Part shown: positions 56,629-64,000 of the stretch, one piece after another | Numbering within the stretch: position 1 is the first letter of the stretch | Layout: every line of letters begins with the position of its first letter | DNA from: Nitrospirota bacterium | Lineage (GTDB): Bacteria; Nitrospirota; JACRHJ01 | Assembly: GCA_963733375.1 (NCBI GenBank) | Contig: CAVTDB010000025.1 | Location: forward strand, 1-64,000 | DNA length: 64,000 nucleotides | Direction: 5' to 3' | Position numbers and translations under genes: made by a program | The notes under the pieces: model-generated | Told to the model about the DNA's origin: nothing | Seen by the model: only the letters and a program-made list of their open reading frames with translations | The model's database searches: none

Positions 56629-57600
56629 ATGCTCCAATACATTGCCCGCCGCCTCCTGATGATGGTGCCGCTTCTGATCGGCATCACCGTTATAACCTTC
56701 ATCGTAATACACCTTGCCCCCGGGAACCCGGTCGAGGTCGCGGTGGAGATGAACCCCAAGGCGTCCGCCCAGGCCAGGGAAAACCTCCGGAAGCTCTACG
56801 GCCTGGACAAACCGCTGTATGTCCAGTATGCAAACTGGGTGGCAAGGTTCGCGAAGCTCGATTTCGGAGATTCGTACGCCGACGGCAGGCCGGTGTGGGA
56901 CAAGATAAAGGAAAGACTGCCGGTTACGATAACGATAAACGTCCTGGAGCTTTTAGTCGCCTTTATCGTAGCGATGCCGATGGGCATTATCTCCGCCGTC
57001 AAACGGAACTCTCTCCTTGATAAATCCACCACCGTAACCGTCTTCCTGGGCTTTTCCATCCCGTCCTTCTGGCTGGGGCTTCTGCTTATGATACTCTTCG
57101 GCGTGCAGCTCGGCTGGCTGCCGATATCGGGGCTACAGAGCCTGGACGCCTCGCATTACGGGTTCATCGGGCTTCAGATAGACCGTCTCCGGCACATAGT
57201 CCTTATCGTTTTCATAGGCGCCTTCGGGAGCCTTGCCGGGATATCGCGCTACGTCCGCTCCAATATGCTGGAGGTCGTCCGGCAGGATTATATCCGCACC
57301 GCCAGGGCGAAGGGCCTTAAAGAGCGGGACGTCATATACAAGCACGCGCTCAGAAACGCCATGATGCCGGTGATAACCATACTCGGCCTTTCACTTCCAG
57401 CGCTCATCGGCGGCAGCGTCATCTTAGAGTACCTGTTCGCCATACCCGGCATGGGCCAGCTCTTCTGGGCGTCCGTCACCGCGCGGGACTACCCTTTAGT
57501 CATGGGCAACCTGGTTATAGGCGCGTTCCTGACGTTAGTCGGCAACATGCTGGCGGACATCTCCTACGCCATGGTGGACCCCCGGGTTAAAATCGGTTAA
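56629..57600 (+). CDS. Peptide/nickel ABC permease (OppB/DppB family)
   Basis: [11 protein letters not shown]; EAA-like [12 protein letters not shown]; HALRNA. Confidence 0.93.
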   Translation: MLQYIARRLLMMVPLLIGITVITFIVIHLAPGNPVEVAVEMNPKASAQARENLRKLYGLDKPLYVQYANWVARFAKLDFGDSYADGRPVWDKIKERLPVTITINVLELLVAFIVAMPMGIISAVKRNSLLDKSTTVTVFLGFSIPSFWLGLLLMILFGVQLGWLPISGLQSLDASHYGFIGLQIDRLRHIVLIVFIGAFGSLAGISRYVRSNMLEVVRQDYIRTARAKGLKERDVIYKHALRNAMMPVITILGLSLPALIGGSVILEYLFAIPGMGQLFWASVTARDYPLVMGNLVIGAFLTLVGNMLADISYAMVDPRVKIG

Positions 57601-57703
57601 CCCCCTTATTTTCTTGACTTTTGCCCCTTCCATAATATAACCTCCTAACTTGGAATAATACGGCCAGAATGTCGGAAATATCGTTTATAACCGGAGGTCT
57701 CTT

Positions 57704-58166
57704 TTGCGCAAATTTTTAAAATTCCTGGTCATCATCCCATCGCTCATGCTTGTCGTGTCCGCCTGCGGGAAAAAGCAGGTTGTAAAGCCCTCGGAGGAGT
57801 CCGTGAAGGCCGACCGGGCGCTGTCGGCATTTGCCCAGATGCGTGAGGCCTATGAAGCCCGCGACCTCGCCGGGTACGCTGAAGGGCGTATCGCAGGATT
57901 TCAAGAAGAGCTACGCCGATTTCTCCAGCACCTTAAGAAAAGAAATGGAATTATACCCGAAGGTGGCCCTGGAGGTCGGAGTGGACCGGGTGGTAGAGGT
58001 CGATAATTTCGTCCGGGTGGTCTTTCACTGGTCCGGGACCTGGACGGACAAGGAAGGCGGCTCCCATCAGGCCAGGGGAAACTGCACTTACATTTACCAG
58101 GACACCGGGAGCTCAATAGTCCTGGTGGATTTCATCGGCGACTCGCCTTTCGGGGTCGCAAGGTAG
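57704..58166 (+). CDS. Lipoprotein with SnoaL/NTF2-like appearance (frameshift near 57875)
   Basis: Lipobox VSAC; overlapping ORFs 57704-58006 and 57831-58166. Confidence 0.6.
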
Positions 58167-58170
58167 AGTA

Positions 58171-59728
58171 TTGGAAATTATATCCGAAGCCATCTCCACC
58201 GATTACATCGTAATCGGCTCCGGCGTTGCGGGTCTCAGGGCGGCGATAGAACTGGCGAGGGCTGGTAAGGTCCTGGTGATAACCAAGGACAGGGCCACCG
58301 AGTCCTCTACTGAATACGCGCAGGGCGGGGTTGCGGTCGCGCTCTCGGACGAGGACGAGATAGGCTTTCACTTCCGGGACACCATAGACGCGGGCGACGG
58401 GCTCTGCAACGAAGAGAACGTCCGGATACTGGTGACCGAAGGCCCGGAACGGATAAGGGAGCTGATATCCTGGGGCGCGCAGTTTGACCGTGAAGGGGTT
58501 AAATTAGCGTTCACGCGTGAGGCCGCGCACAGCAAAAGACGCATCCTGCACGCGCATGGCGATTCCACGGGCAGGGAGATTGAGCGCGCGCTGCTGGCGA
58601 AGGTCAAGGCGACGGAGAATATTAAAAAATATGACTACTCCATCACGGTTGACCTTATTGTAAATGACGGGCAGGCGTCGGGAGCGCTCGTGTACCGGGA
58701 GAGGGAGCGCAAGCTGACGGCGGTTTACGCCAAGGCGGTGGTGCTGGCGACGGGAGGCCTGGGGCAGGTATACCAGCGGACGACCAACCCGGAAGTCGCA
58801 ACTGGCGACGGCTTCGCGATAGCGTACCGGGCCGGGGCTACACTCACGGACATGGAGTTCGTGCAGTTCCACCCCACCTCGCTTTACGTGCCGCGCGCGC
58901 CTCAGTTCCTTTTGTCGGAGGCCATGCGTGGCGAAGGCGCGCTGCTGGTCAATATCAAGGGCGAGCGGTTCATGCCCCGGTATAACCCGAAGGCGGAGCT
59001 TGCACCCAGGGACGTGGTATCAAGGGCCATCGTCTCCGAAATGGTAAAAACAAAATCGGAGCACGTATATCTGGACCTCCGGCATCTGGACGCCGGTTTC
59101 GTGAGGAGCCGCTTCCCCAGGATTTACTCGACCTGCCTCAGTTTCGATATAGACATAACCGAGGAGATGATCCCGGTATCGCCCGCGGCCCATTATATGA
59201 TGGGCGGGGTATGGACGGACAAAGACGGCTCTACGGACGTCCCGGGGTTGTATGCCGCGGGTGAGGTGGCATGCACGGGAGTGCACGGGGCAAACCGCCT
59301 GGCCAGTAATTCGCTTCTGGAAGGCATAGTATTCGGGGCCCGCGCCGGGATCGCCGCGGCGGCATACGGCCTGAAGAAGCCGCAGCCCGAAAATGGAGTC
59401 CATAGCATATAAGGCGGGCGCGGCGTCCCAGCCCGACCTGCTGAAGACCAGGAGCCAGCTTCGGCGCCTCATGTGGGGAGACGTCGGTATCATCAGGAGC
59501 GGGGAATCCTTAACCGGCGCAATCGAGACCATTTCCGGGTGGCACAAGCTCAAGGAGTCGGGGCCGCTTTCAAGGCCGTGGCTGGAGCTTCATAACCTGT
59601 TGACGGCGGGAACGCTTATAGCAAAGGCCGCCCTTTCCCGCAAAGGAAGCGTCGGCGCGCATTACCGGAGCGACCATAAAGCCCGGGGGCGGGGCTGGGA
59701 GCGGCACATAAGCTTCAAGAGGGATTAA
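58171..59728 (+). CDS. nadB: L-aspartate oxidase (frameshift near 59390)
   Basis: GSGVAG, AQGG, QFHPT, ELAPRD, HGANRLASNSL, GAHYRSD. Confidence 0.95.
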
Positions 59729-61488
59729 TGGAAGAATACCAGGGGACGGAAGCGGCATTTTCTGAAAGCGAAGAAGAGCAGCGCGAGAAGGAAGAGCGCA
59801 TAAACAGGCTCACTCCGCTGGCGAAGGAAGTCGTGATGGTCCTGGTCAAGACTATAAAGGCGACAAAGCTCTACCTCCCCAATAACCCGATCTACCAGCG
59901 CTTCCGCGACGAACTCCGGGAAAAATTCGAAAAATACTTTCAGGACGAGGAACTGCTCAGTTTCATGGTCCAGCGGTTCGAGCTCTTCTTCCTCGACCAG
60001 CAGGTCTATCATAACCCGGACAAGGAAGATAACATCGCGCTGATGTTCTTCAAGGACGGCATCCGGGAATTCTGCTTTCACAGGGGCATCTCTCCGGAGG
60101 AGATAGACGGGTTCATAGACATATTAAAATTCGACGTCAAGGAGCGCGAGCTGGACGACGATTTGGTTACCCTGCTGTGGGAAAAGGATTTCAAGTCCGT
60201 CACCTATACCGTCACCGACGAGGCGACCGAGGAAGAGGCGCTCGAGGAGGAAAGCCTGCTTTCTTTCGAGGAGGAGCCGGAGGCCCTGCGGCAGTTGGAT
60301 GAGCTGCGGGTGCGCGCGGCGGATGAGGCGCGGGCGGCTTCCGGCCTCGCGGAGCCCGGGGACGCAGCCCAGGGGGCAGCGGTGCTGGAACATGAAAATC
60401 TTTATGCGACGGATTCCGCGGAAGATGATTATCTGGCGATACGCGGGTCCTATAAGCCGCCTGACGACGTGACCCTTCTGAACAATCTGACTGATATTTT
60501 TTACGAGATACTTATTACGGAAAAGAGCCAGGAGAACTTCGATATGCTGGTGGAGAGCCTGTCGAAGGCGATGGAGATATTCGTTTCAAGGGGCGACCTG
60601 GCGCTCGCGACAATCCTGGTGATGAAGGTGCAGGAACTGTCCGGGAGCGGGGAAATACCCGGTGAATGGGTCCCGAAGCTCGACCTGGTGGTGAATAAGG
60701 CGGCCTCCGAAAAACTGATAGACAAGGTAGGGGAGTTTATAGAGCAGGGCGGACAGGAGGCGCTGGAGGCGGCGGGAAGTTATCTTTCCCAGCTCGATTC
60801 ACGGGCGATCCCGTCCACGGTCAAGCTCCTGGAAAGTATCGACAACAGGCGGTCCCGAAAGGCTATCTGCGATATCATAAACGCCCAGTGCGGGGGCAAT
60901 GGAAAGCTCCTTATCCCGTTCCTGACGGGCAAGCCGTGGTACGTGCTGAGGAACGTCCTGATGGTGCTGGGAAAAGTCGCCGACCCGGAGACGGCGCCGG
61001 CGGTGGGCGCTACCCTCAAGCACGAGGAGCCGCGGGTGAGGCGGGAAGCGATATCCACATTGCTGGCGATAAAGGGGGAAAAAGCGGAGAGTTTCATATC
61101 CGAGAGCTTAAACGATGAAGACAGGTCGATCCGGTCCCTCTCCGCGCGCGTGCTGGCGGAACTCTCCCCGGATAAGGCGTACGAGCAGCTCATGGCCCTG
61201 ACGGCGAATGCAAAATTTAAAGAGCGGGAATTTGACGAGAAGAAGGAAATCTACGAGATTATCGGCAGGACCGGAAAAGAGAAGGCTTTCCCGTTCTTCG
61301 CCCAGCAGTTCAACAAGAAAAGCTTTTTAAGGATGAAAAGGTCCGAGAAGCTGCGCGCCCTGGCCGCTTACGGGCTTGCGGCATGCGGGACCGAAGAGGC
61401 ATACCAGGCGCTCCAGTCCGAGATAGACTCGAAATCGAAGCTGGTGCGCACGGCCTGTTTAGACGGGCTGAAGAGGATGAAGAGATGA
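59728..61488 (+). CDS. HEAT-repeat protein (586 aa)
   Basis: PWYVLRN, HEEPRVRREAI, DEDRSIRSLSA repeats. Confidence 0.85.
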   Translation: MEEYQGTEAAFSESEEEQREKEERINRLTPLAKEVVMVLVKTIKATKLYLPNNPIYQRFRDELREKFEKYFQDEELLSFMVQRFELFFLDQQVYHNPDKEDNIALMFFKDGIREFCFHRGISPEEIDGFIDILKFDVKERELDDDLVTLLWEKDFKSVTYTVTDEATEEEALEEESLLSFEEEPEALRQLDELRVRAADEARAASGLAEPGDAAQGAAVLEHENLYATDSAEDDYLAIRGSYKPPDDVTLLNNLTDIFYEILITEKSQENFDMLVESLSKAMEIFVSRGDLALATILVMKVQELSGSGEIPGEWVPKLDLVVNKAASEKLIDKVGEFIEQGGQEALEAAGSYLSQLDSRAIPSTVKLLESIDNRRSRKAICDIINAQCGGNGKLLIPFLTGKPWYVLRNVLMVLGKVADPETAPAVGATLKHEEPRVRREAISTLLAIKGEKAESFISESLNDEDRSIRSLSARVLAELSPDKAYEQLMALTANAKFKEREFDEKKEIYEIIGRTGKEKAFPFFAQQFNKKSFLRMKRSEKLRALAAYGLAACGTEEAYQALQSEIDSKSKLVRTACLDGLKRMKR

Positions 61489-62942
61489 GCGCGGAATTTA
61501 ACCGGCCTGGCGACCGGCCGCAGGGGGCGTCTTTCGAAGAGGATTTTAACCGCAAGGCCCTGTCTCAGGGCCGGATACTGGTGAACCAGCTCGCCATATT
61601 AGTGAAGGTCGCCCAGATGCACGACCTGAAGAATGAAGCCGTGGAAAACGCGGCGGAGCTTCTCCGGGGGACGATCTCTTCTTTCTTCGACGACAGAAAA
61701 TCCATCGCGCTGAACTTAATCGGAGAATACCTGTTCATTGAGGACATCCGGATAAAGTATAATATCGAGGACTTCAACAACTTCGACTTCCTGGTATGCG
61801 AGTTCAAAAAACGAAAAATAGGCTCGCTCAGCTTTAATCCGCTGGTGGACGCCGGCCAGCTTATACAGTTCGTGAGCATCTTTTTAACGGCGCAGACCGA
61901 ATCGGACGAGGTGTACCACGACATCGCCCTGCGGCTGGGAACATCCGGGATATCCGGCATATCCACGGACGAGCTTAAGCCGCCGAAGGCGAATGATGAT
62001 TTTGAAAAAATTATCGACGCGGCGAAGGCCGCGACAAAAGCATACATCAGGGTGGTGCTCCGGGTAAAAGAGCTGTTTGAGGGTATATCGGCAGGTCAGC
62101 CCGCGGATATCAGAAAGCTGAAACGCGCGGTCCAGTCCCTGGTGGATTCCGCGTACAAGAGCGAAAAAACTCTGCTGAAGCTCTCCGCGGTAAGGCGCAA
62201 GGAAGACCTGCTGCCCAGGCATTATGCAAACGTCTGCGTCCTTTCTCTTTTAATAGGCAAAAGGGTAGGGCTCTCCAAATACCATATGGCGCGGCTGGGG
62301 ATGGCCGCACTCCTTCACGACATAGGCCGGAGTTACCTGCCCCAGGAATTGGACGGTGATCCGGATGAAGAGACCCTTAAGGCGTTGACTGAACACCCGC
62401 GGCTGGGCGTGCAGACAATACTCAGGCTAAAAGGCTTGAATGAAGTCGCCGTATCGGCTATGATAGTGTCTTACGAGCATCACAGGAACCTGGACGGGAC
62501 AGGATACCCCAGGCCCGTCGAGACAAAAGATATATGCTTTTACTCCCGCATCGTCCGTATCGCCGATAACTATGACGCGGCGACGTCTTCGGGCATTTAC
62601 GGGAACGTGGCGGTCCCGCCGGACAGGGCGCTCAGGCTTATGTCAGGCCGCGCCGGGAGCTATTACGACAGTGAACTGCTGGATAAATTCATCAGCGCCA
62701 TGGGGATTTACCCGGTGGGGACTTTCGTGATGCTAAATGACGGCAGGTTCGCCGTGGTCACCGCGCCGGGGAACGGCAGGGAAGGACTTTTAAGGCCCCA
62801 TGCCGTCGTAGTCGGAGGCCGGACCGAGGGAGAAGCGGTTGACCTTTCGCTAAAGGACGACGCCGGGGGCTACCGTCAATCGATCACCGCGACCCTGGAC
62901 CCCGAGAGGTACAGAGTCAACATCTACAAGTACTTGTTTTAG
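61485..62942 (+). CDS. HD-GYP domain protein
   Basis: LLHDIG, EHHRNLDGTGYP, IADNYDA; ATGA overlap with the HEAT gene. Confidence 0.9.
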   Translation: MSAEFNRPGDRPQGASFEEDFNRKALSQGRILVNQLAILVKVAQMHDLKNEAVENAAELLRGTISSFFDDRKSIALNLIGEYLFIEDIRIKYNIEDFNNFDFLVCEFKKRKIGSLSFNPLVDAGQLIQFVSIFLTAQTESDEVYHDIALRLGTSGISGISTDELKPPKANDDFEKIIDAAKAATKAYIRVVLRVKELFEGISAGQPADIRKLKRAVQSLVDSAYKSEKTLLKLSAVRRKEDLLPRHYANVCVLSLLIGKRVGLSKYHMARLGMAALLHDIGRSYLPQELDGDPDEETLKALTEHPRLGVQTILRLKGLNEVAVSAMIVSYEHHRNLDGTGYPRPVETKDICFYSRIVRIADNYDAATSSGIYGNVAVPPDRALRLMSGRAGSYYDSELLDKFISAMGIYPVGTFVMLNDGRFAVVTAPGNGREGLLRPHAVVVGGRTEGEAVDLSLKDDAGGYRQSITATLDPERYRVNIYKYLF

Positions 62943-62955
62943 GAGGATTTTTTTA

Positions 62956-63753
62956 ATGTACAACCTTTTGGTTTCGACTTCAATCAGCGTCTTTTCTTTC
63001 CTCATACTCTGGTTCTCCCTCAAAGGGACGGATTACCGGGCGTTAGCCTTCATCGTCGCGTTCGGCCTGTTCTTCGGGCTGAATTATTTCCTCTCCAAGA
63101 GGGTTATGAAAAAGGTCGAGTCGCTGATGACTTCCGTCGGCAAGGACCTGCAGAACCAGCGCTTCGAAAAGGCGATAAAGACCCTGAAAGGGGGCTTTGA
63201 CCTGGGGAAATGGCAGTTCTTCGTGAAGGCCCAGTTAAACGCGCAGATAGGCAGCATCTACTACTTAACGCGCGACGACGAGAACGCCTTCAATTATTTA
63301 AAGGAAGGTTTTTCCAAGCACTGGGTCGCGATGGGAATGCTTGCCATCATCTACATGAAGCGCAAGAAAAAAGACCTGATGATGGAGACCTTTGAAAAGG
63401 CGGTTAAGGGTTCCCCCAAGGAAAGCCTTATCTGGAGCCTCTACGCATACTGCCTCTTAAAAGAAGGAGAGCGGGAGAAGGCCCTGGAGGTGCTCTCGCG
63501 CGGGCTCAAAAAAATCCCGGACGATGACAAGCTCAAGGCTAACATGAATGCCGTCGCCAACAAGGAAAAGATGAAGATGAAGAACTACGGCGATATGTGG
63601 ACGCAGTTTTACCTGGAGAAAGTCCCGCCCGCCGCGGGGCAGAAGATACCGCACTACCTCCAGGCGCTGGCCGGCGGCAGGCGCAGGATAATAAAGAAGA
63701 TAGCCGGGGCGTGTTCGCGACGAGTTCAGGAGGGAGTGCTTACGGGGCCGTAA
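62956..63753 (+). CDS. Membrane-anchored TPR-like protein
   Basis: Two N-terminal TM segments followed by helical repeats. Confidence 0.7.
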   Translation: MYNLLVSTSISVFSFLILWFSLKGTDYRALAFIVAFGLFFGLNYFLSKRVMKKVESLMTSVGKDLQNQRFEKAIKTLKGGFDLGKWQFFVKAQLNAQIGSIYYLTRDDENAFNYLKEGFSKHWVAMGMLAIIYMKRKKKDLMMETFEKAVKGSPKESLIWSLYAYCLLKEGEREKALEVLSRGLKKIPDDDKLKANMNAVANKEKMKMKNYGDMWTQFYLEKVPPAAGQKIPHYLQALAGGRRRIIKKIAGACSRRVQEGVLTGP

Positions 63754-63790
63754 GCCTGTGGCCGACGGGAAAAGGCATCCGGTTAAAGGT

Positions 63791-64000
63791 TCAGACCACC
63801 AGGCCGTCCATGTCCTTCGCTATCGATTTCAGGACGAACTCGTTAATCCTTGACGCGGTTTTATCCGGAATATCCTTAAACTCGATTGCCATTCCCGGCT
63901 GATGGTCTTCGACACCGGTCGCATAGATAACAGAACCCTGCACGGCTATCTTCCCCTCATCCAGGGGCATGATCACCTCTACATTTGAACCGGTGTCAAG
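63791..64000 (-). CDS. PilZ-domain protein, 3' part only
   Basis: VQGSVIY...PGMAIEFKDI...INEFV matches the PilZ C-terminal strand and helix; truncated by the window edge. Confidence 0.6.
   Translation of the reverse strand, partial: LDTGSNVEVIMPLDEGKIAVQGSVIYATGVEDHQPGMAIEFKDIPDKTASRINEFVLKSIAKDMDGLVV

Overview
Mostly core chromosome of a GC-rich Gram-negative bacterium. Gene content (two-b-subunit atp operon, mglBA, HEAT/HD-GYP pair, long HflX) suggests a Nitrospirota/Desulfobacterota-like lineage; this is inference. The left end holds a ~7.3 kb AT-rich island integrated at tRNA-Ala(GGC). It has a 48-bp att duplication, paired arm-type repeats, a tyrosine-integrase remnant, a terminase-small-subunit-like gene, an IS481 scar and uncharacterised envelope cargo, and looks like a decayed phage or satellite. 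Next come a multi-domain cytochrome c, the atpF'FHAGDC operon, a soluble MgtE-like protein plus an Nramp-related transporter, mtgA, osmC, pdhABC, a Cys-rich/histone-H1-like protein, rtcA, a patatin, broken Ig-like adhesin genes, mglBA and a radical SAM gene. These are followed by a full dcw cluster with an inserted D,D-peptidase, hflX, a tupA-like gene, an oppB-like gene, nadB, and HEAT, HD-GYP, TPR and PilZ genes. A dispersed palindromic repeat family occupies five intergenic gaps. Many essential genes carry single-base frameshifts, so the assembly is probably indel-prone and split or fused ORFs need caution. No CRISPR array or rRNA was seen.
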